A DNA stretch of 64,000 bases from Rebecca billardiae RCC1528 (Eukaryota; Protista; Haptophyta). This document shows positions 45,568 through 55,672 of this stretch, one piece after another; position 1 is the first letter of the stretch; each line of letters opens with the position of its first letter. A program made the position numbers and the translations under genes. Under the pieces are notes generated by a model. That model was given only the letters and a program-made list of their open reading frames with translations, made no database searches and was not told the origin of the DNA. Location: positions 2,480,001-2,544,000 of the forward strand of contig OZ251228.1 in the NCBI GenBank assembly GCA_965240325.2. Reading direction: 5' to 3'.

Positions 45568-46792
45568 TCGGCAAGACCAAGGCCGCGCACACCGGCCAGG
45601 GCGACCCCATCCACTATCTGCACCACTGCATCCGCAACTCGAACACGGCCTCGGAACGTCGACGCGTACAAGTACATGATGACCAAGGGCTGGCGACGAC
45701 TGCAAATACTTCAGCGGCATCCCTGGGCACCTACTTCCTCCGTGTGATCCGGCATCGACGACGACTACGTCCTCACCCGCGGCCAACGCGCTCACACCCT
45801 CTGTCTCCAATCAGTACTTCGACAGACGAATCAGGAGAGCTGCGCCCTCGTGCCTGTGTCTTTAAATCATAGAATTGGTCCGAGTCCGTCCGAACTCGAC
45901 GGCCTTAAACTGATGAATGAAACTCCGGGTGACCCGTGAGTCACGGTGCCGCGAGGCAAGTGCGGCGACAACCGTGCGCAGACCGTCATACTCCGGCTCA
46001 TCGCGGCATCAGGAGTGAAGCATGCCGCTATATACTAGCAGATATCGGGTGCCATGTAATATATTCCAGCAGCAGGCAGTAGTTACTGCAGTTACTGTAC
46101 TTCCGATTTCCGAGTCGAGTACTTGTAATAGTATCTACCCGGGCCAGAGTCACTCATTAATTAGTCCGATTAGCTGACTAATCAGCCCCTGACTTACACG
46201 GACGCCCGCGCCGGACGGTAGTCGGAACCGCGGGTCCGCAGACTCCGAGTCCGCAGGGCGCAGGCGGTTACGGCCTCGCCGACGGCCGGGCCCGGGCTTA
46301 TGCAGTTTGCTCTCCGTCCCTCCGGTCCCGGACCGTCCGCTCTGGCTCACGACCGACGAGTCACGGTGGTGACTGGCAGTTACTCACCGCGGCACTGGTG
46401 ACTGACGGCTGGCATCGAGCACTGAGCAGCTGCGTCAGTGTGACAGTGTCAACAGCTTCAGATGACTTGTCAAACCTCGGCGACGATCTAGGGCCTGCGA
46501 TAGTCACTGATCGTCAGTTACTGTACCGTCCGTCAGGCGTCAGACTGGTCAACGTAGGCGAACGCGGAACGGCAACTGGCAAGCGAGCGCCAGTGGCAGT
46601 CGCAATGGCAGCGCCAAGCGAGTCCCGGGCTCCCCAGCCCGGCCGAGCTTGCTCTCCGGACGCAAGGGACGGCCTCTCCAGGCGACCAACTGAGGGCGGT
46701 CCCGGACACAGCCGCGCAACGCGCCAACGCCTGCCCCAGCCCCCAGCCGGTGCGGGCATCTTGCACCAGGCGGGGAGTGCCATCCGCGCGCC

Positions 46793-48823
46793 ATGACGGA
46801 CGCGGGCGCGAAGCGCATCGGCGTGCTCGGGATGGTCGTCACCGGGTTCTTCTGGGTGCACGGCGGCATCTACGGCAACGAGGCGCTCCTGAGCGCCGCG
46901 CCGCCCGCGTATCTCTTCGTCATGCTTCTGTTCGTGCCGTTTGTGTACTCGCTGCCGATCGCGCTCATCGTCGCAGAGCTGAGTACGGCGTGGCCCGAGG
47001 ACGGCGGGTACGTCGTGTGGGTGGGCCAGGCGTGCGGCCGTCTTGTCGGCCTGCACCACGCCGGGTGGGTCTGGATGATCTACGCCGCTGACGCGGCGAT
47101 CTACCCCGTGCTGGTCGCGCACTACGTTGACTCTGGCAACGCGCTCGGCTCGCTCGGCCATCGCGCGGTGGCGACCTTCGTGATCGGCGTGGTCACGCTG
47201 ATCAACATGAACGGCATGGATGCGATGGTCCGCTTCTCCACCGTGCTCACCGTCGTCTCCCTCGCGCCCACCATCGCGTTCACCGTGCTCGGCCTGCCCA
47301 AGCTGCGGCTGGAGCCTCTGGTGCAGACGCAAGGCACCGAGTTTGACTGGAGCCTGTGCGTGAGCTGGGTGCTGTGGCTGTACTGCGGGTTCTTCTCGCT
47401 CGGCTCGCTCGCGGGCGACCTGATCGAGCCGCGGCGCACCTTCCTCATCGCGCTCGGCGTGCTCTTCCCCGCGGTGCTGCTGCTCAACTCGGTGCCGCTC
47501 GCCGTCTCGCTCTCGATCGACCCGGACCCGTCCAACTACGAGGCCGGGCACTTCAACGTCGTCGCCGAGCAGCTGGCGGGCGCGTGGCTGTCGTGGGGGT
47601 TCCAGGTGGGCGCGATCGTGTGCCTCGTCGGGCTGTACAACGCCGCGATCATCACCGCCGAGCGCTCGCTGCTCTGGGTCGTCGAGCAGCTCGTCTCGCG
47701 CAACGAGCTCAGCAGCTACCTCGCTCGGCTCAACGAGCGGCCGTCCGCGGGCGCGCGCGCGCTGCGCTGGCTGCTGACCAACAGGACGGGCATCGCGCCG
47801 GTGTACCAGCTGGTGAACGCCGTGCTCGCGTCGATGCTCGTCTGGCTGCCGTACGAGTACCTCGTCGAGTTCTCCATGCTGCTCAGCGTGCCCTCGATCT
47901 GCCTGTTCATGTACTCGTTTGCTCACCTGCGCTTCCTGCACCCGAGCCGGCCGCGCCCGTTCACCGTGCCGGGCGGGAACAGGGTCGCGGTCGGGATCAC
48001 GATCATCCCCGTGGCGGTGTCGCTGCTGTACGCGTGCATCGTGCTGTACGCCGCCGTGACCGAGCCGCACACCGACGACGGCCGCGCCGCGTTCAACCAG
48101 ATCTCCTCAACCGCCATCATCATCGGCGGCGGCGCGCTGCTCCACTTCGCGTGCCGCACGGGGCGCGCCGGCCCGGACAGCCGTCGGCAGTACACGGCAC
48201 ACCTCGAGTCTGAGCTGCACGACATGCCGCCGGTGGGCGAGCCGGGCGGGGTGCCCCCCGCCGCCGAGGGCGGGGACAGTCCGAGCCCACGGCGGCTGGA
48301 GTGGCGCTGGCTGGGCGAGAGCGAGCCGTCGCCGACGGCACAGCGGCAGCAGGGCGCGGGGCGGCGCTGCATGCCGTTCGTGCGCTGGCGCCGGCTCAAG
48401 CGCGAGGGCAGCGGCGCGCTCAAGGCGTCTCCGCTGCTCGACAGCGTCTTCTTGAGGGGCGCTGCCGGTGGGGGTGCGCACGAGTACAGCGCAGCTGGCG
48501 GCGGCGTCGAGCCTCTGAGCGCCCCGCCCTCGCCGCTCCCGACGAGCGCAGGTGCGCACGAGACGACGCAGCAGCAGTTCGGCACCGCGCGAGAGGACGC
48601 GCCCGCGGCCGCGACGCCCGGCGCAGAGGATGACGCGCAGTCGTCCGCGTCGACCACGGGGGGCTGGCAGCAGCCGCTCGAGGGGTCGGGTGAGACGGCG
48701 GCGGGCTCCGTCGCCGTCGCGGGCCCCGACGCGGCGCCCACAGCCGCTGCCATCGTCGTCGCGGCCGCCCCGGCAGTTGCCGCTGCCGCCAATGATGGCG
48801 ATTCGCCGGCAGCTGCATCATAG
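46793..48823 (+). CDS. APC-superfamily amino acid/polyamine transporter (PUT/RMV1-like)
   Basis: GGIYGNE, LPIALIVAELSTAWPEDGGYVVWV, RPRPFTVPGG and about 12 hydrophobic segments. Confidence 0.92.
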   Translation: MTDAGAKRIGVLGMVVTGFFWVHGGIYGNEALLSAAPPAYLFVMLLFVPFVYSLPIALIVAELSTAWPEDGGYVVWVGQACGRLVGLHHAGWVWMIYAADAAIYPVLVAHYVDSGNALGSLGHRAVATFVIGVVTLINMNGMDAMVRFSTVLTVVSLAPTIAFTVLGLPKLRLEPLVQTQGTEFDWSLCVSWVLWLYCGFFSLGSLAGDLIEPRRTFLIALGVLFPAVLLLNSVPLAVSLSIDPDPSNYEAGHFNVVAEQLAGAWLSWGFQVGAIVCLVGLYNAAIITAERSLLWVVEQLVSRNELSSYLARLNERPSAGARALRWLLTNRTGIAPVYQLVNAVLASMLVWLPYEYLVEFSMLLSVPSICLFMYSFAHLRFLHPSRPRPFTVPGGNRVAVGITIIPVAVSLLYACIVLYAAVTEPHTDDGRAAFNQISSTAIIIGGGALLHFACRTGRAGPDSRRQYTAHLESELHDMPPVGEPGGVPPAAEGGDSPSPRRLEWRWLGESEPSPTAQRQQGAGRRCMPFVRWRRLKREGSGALKASPLLDSVFLRGAAGGGAHEYSAAGGGVEPLSAPPSPLPTSAGAHETTQQQFGTAREDAPAAATPGAEDDAQSSASTTGGWQQPLEGSGETAAGSVAVAGPDAAPTAAAIVVAAAPAVAAAANDGDSPAAAS

Positions 48824-49069
48824 CAGCGGCTGCTGCAGAGCTCGCCGGCGCCGGCACCGACGATGTCGATGACGATGCCGAGGGTGCCATCATGGCGGAT
48901 GCGTCGCTGCACGCAGAAGCATCCGTCATCAGCATGATGAGGATCGATTCACTGATGGCACCGCGCGCGGGCCGAATCGCGCACCGATCCGGGTGCCGGC
49001 GGTAGGCGGCGGGTGCGTGAACTATAGTTAAACTACTATCGGCGCGGTAATAATACTGTCGTCGTCATG

Positions 49070-49087
49070 TATACATACATACATACA

Positions 49088-49123
<36 letters not shown>

Positions 49124-49132
49124 TATATATAT
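49070..49132. repeat. (CATA)n(TA)n microsatellite
   Basis: Directly visible. Confidence 0.95.
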
Positions 49133-49979
49133 GACCGCGTTCCGCGGTCCTTTTCCGTAGAACGAACGTAGTTCGGGGCCCGCGGTGGCGGTGCACCCTC
49201 CGTCGCAGTCGTCTATTGACAGACCAGTTGCATGCCCGTACAACTAGACTCCAGCGGCGGGCCGCTGCGCCCCGGCGCCGGCGCCGCGGGCGCGGGCCCA
49301 TCGCAGCCGCCGGCGCGGCGCCCGGATTGTGTACAGGCGGATGCGACGAGGCGTGATCGACGAATGAGCGCGACTCCACGTGCACGCCAGGCCACGTGGA
49401 GCTGACAGCCAGGGAACACTGTGCGGGGCCGCGGATTCGTTCGGGCCGCTGCTGCTGACCGCGCTGTCTGTCGACAGTGTCGTCACCGCGCGCCGCGGCA
49501 GCGCCAGGAGTAGTCAGTAGATGATTTGCACTGGTCCGAGTAGGGTTCGACCAGCGCCTGCGCGACGGCCGACAGGCGGGCGCGAGGCGTGATCGACGCA
49601 TGAGCGCAACTCTATCTACGCGGAGCTGACAGCCAGAGGGAGCACTGTGTGTGCCGAGGTGCGAGGGCACCGGTGATCGTTATTTCGCGCGCCGCGCGTG
49701 CACTGCACGGGGTCACGGGGTGACACACCTCGGTCGGGCTCGGCACGCGTCGCAGAGGCACGGCCAGCTCTGGGGACGTCGCGCACCACCGTCGCCCGCG
49801 CCGCAGCTCGTCCTCCTAGGTCCGCCCGTCCAGCGCTGCAGACAGACTCGCCGGCGCGGGCCGAGAGTGAGTGCCGCAAAGCGGCTGCCAGCTGTTGGGC
49901 CGGGTGAGGAGGAGGGAGGGAGCTGGCCTGCGGGGCGCGTGGTGAAGTCGGTGATCAGCCGCGCCGCGCTCCCCCTGCC

Positions 49980-50228
49980 GAGTGCGCCATCGTCCTCCAG
50001 CACGGTGCGGACCTTGCCAAGGATGTTGTAGATCGATCGGCGCGGCACGCAGTACTTCACCGCCGCAGAGCCCACGTCATGCTTGCGCCTCACGACTGAG
50101 ATGGCAGCAGCAATGCTCGAGAGCGTGTTATTGCCCCCTTTCGTCGTCACTGCCCCTGAGTCGCGCAGCATGTTCAACACGCGGAGAGCGCAGTCCTGGT
50201 CTGTGTCGCCCATCGATGTGCGTCGCAA
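49980..50228 (-). pseudogene. Pipsqueak-type HTH fragment (pogo/Fot1 transposase or CENP-B-like N-terminus)
   Basis: IAAAISVVRRKHDVGSAAVKYCVPRRSIYN. No DDE domain follows. Confidence 0.5.
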
Positions 50229-50287
50229 GGCACTCCCTTGGACAGGCTCCGCAGTTGACGACCTCTTTCACCTCGGCACGTGCCTGT

Positions 50288-50612
50288 TGTAGCTCTCTGA
50301 TCAAGAACTAGTGCCTTGCGTGCCGGGTAGCTCTCTGATCAGTAGGTTACGACGCGGTGGGTTCATTCTCCTGATGGCTCATTGATGAATACCATTTGTC
50401 GTCACGAAGCGGTGGATTCGTTCTCCTGATGGCTCCTTGATGAATGTAGCTCTCTGATCAAGAACTAGTGCCTTGCGTGCCGGGTAGCTCTCTGATCAGT
50501 AGGTTACGACGCGGTGGATTCATTCTCCTGATGGCTCATTGATGAGTACCATTTGTCGTCACGAAGCGGTGGATTCGTTCTCCTGATGGCTCCTTGATGA
50601 ATACCATTTGTC
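50288..50612. repeat. 157-bp tandem duplication with internal subrepeats
   Basis: Units 50288-50444 and 50445-50601. Each holds two GTAGCTCTCTGATCA and two GCGGTGG.TTC.TTCTCCTGATGGCTC.TTGATGA motifs. Confidence 0.9.
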
Positions 50613-50716
50613 AGATGGCGACGATCAGGTAACGAGTGGTATGATAAAGAGTCCGGTCACACGCGACCCGCTTCCTCTGCAATCCCAGCTTTCGGCATAC
50701 GCGGGTACGATACATT

Positions 50717-51068
50717 ATGGCCCGCGGTGAAGATAAATACGATGAGAGTCGTTGCGGCGGCGGCCGGCGAGGCCATATTTATTTTACTATGGTCACACAT
50801 GAACGAGAGTCTACCCACAATTACCCTGCCTGGCACACTTGGGCGCGGGTTTCGTTGATTCCTCTGAATACAAAAGAGCCGGGCGCGACCTTTTTCGACG
50901 AGGATGCACCTGTAAGGGAGTCTCAAAATTCGAAACTCGGTCTCCTCCAGCCCTGAAAATCGTCCCCCGTCCCTTTTTTCTTTGACGATCAAAGATCTTT
51001 TTGAAACGTGGTTCGGGCCCGCTGGTGCGGGCTCCACGCTGCGCGCTCCGCCCTGCACCGCGGGCCAT
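50717..51068. mobile_element. MITE with 13-bp TIR ATGGCCCGCGGTG
   Basis: TIRs at 50717-50729 and 51056-51068. The right part matches 490-634. No exact TSD seen. Confidence 0.7.
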
Positions 51069-51228
51069 GATGTCGTAGTCAATACTATGGCATTGACGAC
51101 ACGTTGTGTCTCACTGTCTGTCGCGAAGCGCGTCAGACTCGTCGACGAGTACGACTCTGACTCAGCAGACTGCAGAGTAGTCAGTCAGCAGACGTCTTGA
51201 GTCATCGTTATTTTTTTAAAGCGTTATT

Positions 51229-51480
51229 ATGGCCCGTGGTGCACCGTGCAGGGCGGAGCGCGTACTGTGGCGGTGTCTTTGTGCAGTGTTGGATGGCGTC
51301 AATCACGCCTTAACCAAGTGTGCACGTTAAATCATATAGTAAACTGTAGCGTGGAGCCCCGCCGGGGGCCCTCACTACGTTGTCAAAAAGATCTTTTGAT
51401 CAAAGAAAAGGGGCGGACGACGGGGGACGATTTTGAGGGGTGTTGGAGGCGGGTCGGTGAGTTTTCGCTTTTTCGAGGGG
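51229..51480. mobile_element. Diverged inverted end of the same MITE family
   Basis: ATGGCCCGTGGTG...TGCAGGGCGGAGCGCG and AAAAGATCTTTTGATCAAAGAAAAGGGG are reverse-complement matches to 490-634. Confidence 0.6.
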
Positions 51481-52313
51481 TACACCGTACATTGCTGTCT
51501 ATTATAGTACCCCTTAGGTTTAAGCGTTCGCTTCGCTGGCTACGTGATTGCACGCCCGCTCACGCCGTGACGAGCGCACCATGGCGGCTCTCTCGCTCGT
51601 GGCGCACGGTCGGGGAGCACCCGCGTCTGCGCAGACACACGGCTCGCCCGCAAGTGTGCTGTGTCGCGCACGCGCGCGCTCGCGCGGCCGGCCATCGCGC
51701 ACAGACCTGACTGGTCTCACATGCACCAGCATGGTCGTGCATGCACAGCGCCGCTCCGCGCACGCAATAAATTCGAGCGTGGTGCGCATGCACGTACACT
51801 CTGTGTCCCTGGTCCACACACAGCGTGTGAGCTCGTGCTTTGACCACGTGCAGGCGCGCCACAGACTTTCGCGCAGCTGCCGCGCCGGGCCGTGCCAGCG
51901 GCTCGACAGGCTCAGCTCGTGGGCAGCGCTCGCTCGATTGCATGCTCCTGCCGCGCAGGGTGCCCAGCTTGCTGCGCTCGGTGTGTACTGGCGCGCTCGG
52001 ACGGCACCCCGTGTACGCCTCGGGCCACGCGTGGGAGCCTAGCTCCACGCACGGAGGACTCGCAGGCGCAGGCCGGCGGCTGCCTCACACGGCTTGGTCG
52101 GGAGGCCGCCGCGCGGCTACCGTCGAGCTCGCCGATCGGCTGCACCTACTTTCAGCGCACGCTACCGCCGCCTCGCGCACGACACGGCAAGGCTGAACAC
52201 GTGACTGTGGGCGGGCATCAGCCCCAAGTACGCAGCCATCAGCACCACGGCCTTCACCTTCAGCGCCGACGATAGAGCCGCCGCTTGATTTTATCGCTTA
52301 AACTTGAGGGCCA

Positions 52314-53301
52314 CTATCTCTTTGTTGGCCGCGGGGAAGATACGCTAGCGTATCTTCGATGGCGCCCCGGCGCGCGTGAGCTCTGACGGCGCGTAGGAGG
52401 CGCGCGCGAGGGCGGCCGCGGGCGCGATTGATGCCTGGGACCTCAACGACAACTCACATGACGAGACCTTCTCTTCTGATGCCGATGACGGCCCTCCAGA
52501 GGCGACCGCGCTCGACGACGGTCGTGATTTGGACGACTGCGGCGCTGCGCGGCGTGAGGCGGAGGAAAGCGGCGCGGCGCAGGGCTTCGAGCGGGCTGTG
52601 GCGATGGAGCAACTTATCATCGTCAACGCCATCGCCCCGAGTGCCACCGCGCTGCCGCACGCCACGCCAGTTGCGCCAGTGCAAGCTACGCGCGGCCGCT
52701 GCGGCACGAGCCGGGGGCGTGGCCAGCAGCGCGGTGGCCGCGGTGCCTGAGCAGGGCGTTGCAGGTGCGACCAGCGCGCCGCTGCCACCGCGCGCTCGTC
52801 AACAGTTGATGGAGTCGCGAATGCCGTACGTCCCGCCGACTAGCCCGCCCTGTGTGCTGTCGCCGTGACCCCTCAATGCTGTTGGTCGTCCGACGACGAG
52901 CTGCCGAGCGCGTCGCTGAGCGTGTCGCTCAAAACGTCAGTCGTGGAGCTCTCTGACGTGCGCGGCGCTTGCTGCCCATTAAGTCAATCATGTTGGGCAC
53001 CTCCTGGGGCACCTCTGGCTGAAGTCTTAGCCTCTGAGGTCTCGAACATAGCCGGCGCTAGCGTACTACCGGCACCCTCAAAAGGAAGATACGCTAGCGT
53101 CCTTCGACTTTTGGACGGTTCCGGCGGTCGGACGGTCGCCTGCGGCACCTGACGCCCAAACCCGAGCGGGTCCCAAGGTTTTCGAGGTCGCTGAACGCAT
53201 TTGCCGCTGGGGCCGAGGTCTGAAAACCAAGCGATTGCGGCGTTTTTCGCGATTTTGTGGTCGGAAGGACGCTAGCGTATCTTCGGCCAACAAAGAGATA
53301 G
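52314..53301. mobile_element. Non-autonomous TIR element (about 1 kb) with palindromic subterminal motifs
   Basis: TIR CTATCTCTTTGTTGGCCG at 52314-52331 and 53284-53301. GAAGATACGCTAGCGTATCTTC and variants at 52336, 53085 and 53264. Confidence 0.7.
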
Positions 53302-54099
53302 TAGTACCGCAAGACGCGATTGACGAAATAAGCGCGCCCGCGCCATTCCGCCTACGTCGATGGACGGACGTGGGGATCAGATACCCCGGGGGTGAAACAA
53401 GTGAGTATTCCTGTCCCTCTTGTAGCTGAAGTACGAGTTTGCCGAGCGACGTTTGATTGTTTTGGGTCGAAAACAGCCATTAGGCCAGATTTGTTTTAAG
53501 TAAATAGCGCTTGTTAAACTAAGTCACCCGCTTGCCTTGATGGATGAACCGCCTCGTCATATTAAAAGAGATTCTTTTTGATAGCGCTTGATGGATGAAC
53601 CGCCTGTGCAATAATGAACGACGAGATTCTTTGAATGGCGCTTGTTAAAACAAGTTACCCGTCTGCCAGCTAAGCTAGTACCCCCGACTCCCGAGGCGGC
53701 GCCCGCTCGTAACAAGTTAACAACAACCACACATGGGCACGGTCCGAACAAATAATGATCACTTCTAATTGCAAATAGTAGAGAAACAACCAGCGCGACC
53801 CGCCTGCCCACGGGTGTCGCCGTGTCGGGTGCGGCCCGGCCCTTGATCAGCCGTGGTCGCCACGCCTCGCTCGCGACGGCTTTGCTCGCTGGCAGCGCCC
53901 ACCGGAACGTCGGGGGCCCGCAGTACGCGCGCGGCAGGGGCGGGGGCCGGCCGGCCGCTGGTCGCATCTCGCCCTCGCGCTCTGCTCTCCCCGAGCGCGC
54001 CTGTCGCCTCGCAGCCCCGCGTCTCGGTCTCGCCCTCGCGCTCCGCTCTCCCCGAGCGCGCCCACGTCCGCGTCGTCTCGCCGCGGGCCGTGGCCAAGG

Positions 54100-55230
54100 C
54101 ACCGAGCACGCGCGCCGCGCTGCGCTGCAGAGCATGCGCGACAAGATCGCGGCTGGGGCGGCGGGCGACAACCTGCCCGCGGGCGCGTTCGTCGCTCGAG
54201 GAGGAGCGCGCAAGGGCGAGCCGAGTCCGGAGCACGCGAGCTCGTCGCTCGAGGCCAGGACGAGCCGACGCCGCGAGCACGCAGCGGAGATGTCAGATGA
54301 GCCGGACGGCGCCCGGAGCTCGCGCGGCCGAAGGGCGAGCTCGAGCACGCGAGCTCGCTCCTCGACGCCGAGCGAGAGCTCCTCCTCAACTCGGTCGACG
54401 GCGGCGCGGAGGTGCAGCAGCGTGAGGACGAGCAGGAGCAGTGGAAGGCGCGCCGGATGGCGGTCGCGCAGCGGCCCCCGCAGCTGCACGCGAGCGTCGC
54501 GAGCCGACGGCCACCCACGTGGCGCGAGGAGCTGCGCGGGGAATGCGCCGCGCGCATCGACGCGGCGATCACCGGGCTGCAGGCCTCGGGCATCGACGCG
54601 TTGCGCACCCTCGCCTCCAGCTGCGACGAGTCCACCGTCGAGCTGCAGCAGCTGCGCCGCGCAGTGATTGATTGATGGGCGGCGTCACACACTGACTGAC
54701 ACTCACTCACACAGGCCGTGCATGAGCACCGCCGAGCTGGCGAAGCGCGGCGCCGAGCTCGAAGCGCTGCGCGCAGAGGCGCTGGGCGCCGAGCTGGCGA
54801 AGCGAGACGCCGAGCTCGACGCGCTGCGTCGCGCGGCACGGATGCGCTGGGCGCGCGCGCTGCCCTTGTCCACGCCCTGCAGCAGCTCGAGCAGGTGTGG
54901 ACGGCCCTCGAAGCTACCGAGTGGGCGAGCGCGCGCCGCTCAGCCTGCCGCTGGCCGCCGCCGTGACTCGAGGCCGACGCGGCGGAGCAGGCGACGGGCG
55001 AGCACGGCGGCGCGGTGGAGCAGGGCGCACGTGCGCCGGGCGGCGGGCGCGACACGCCACTCGCTTCGTTCCACCCCGAAGCTCCGCTCGATCTGCGCGT
55101 GGCTGCGCAGCGTGGGCGGGCACGGGGCAGCAGTGGCGCGCGCTCTCGCTATGCCGGCCCGAGGAGCGCCGGCTGAGCGACCAGCGGCCCTTCGTCGAGC
55201 GCATGGCGCAGCGCGAGCACCTCATTAGCA
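54100..55230 (+). pseudogene. Fragmented coiled-coil protein remnants
   Basis: Helical E/L/R/A-rich stretches (AELAKRGAELEALRAE) that switch frames and contain stops. Confidence 0.3.
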
Positions 55231-55672
55231 GGTGCGCGCGTGCGCGCGCACGCGCCGGCCCGCGCCGCGCGGCGCCTCTCGCCCTGCACGCGCGCCGCCC
55301 CGCTTGGCGCTTCCCCGCGCGGCCCGTCCGCTGGTGTCCCGTGCCACCCTTCACCCTTGGCCGTGCGCGCCCCGATTCACGCAGCCGCGCGAGTCCGAGA
55401 CGCCAGACGGGTCTGACTCTCACTCTCCGAGCGAGAGTGCATGGCTGCCTGTCTGACTGGGCAGACGCCAGACCATGCAGATTGACGAGGGTTCTGACTG
55501 ACACTCGTCAGTAGCCTCATGGTTCATTCTCAACCACTGTCCACTGCGCCGCTGGCCACCAACTGCGTTGCGGTTCTACGGATCAGGACCGCGCGGAAGT
55601 CCGGAACGCGGTCATAATAATTATAATTTCGTGATAGAGAGATCAGCAGCAAATATCGACGCGACACAAGAA

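Noticed and set aside
45910-45942. Possible hammerhead ribozyme (CTGATGA..GAAAC...GTC)
   Set aside because: Stem III can form, but stem II is absent and stem I does not pair.
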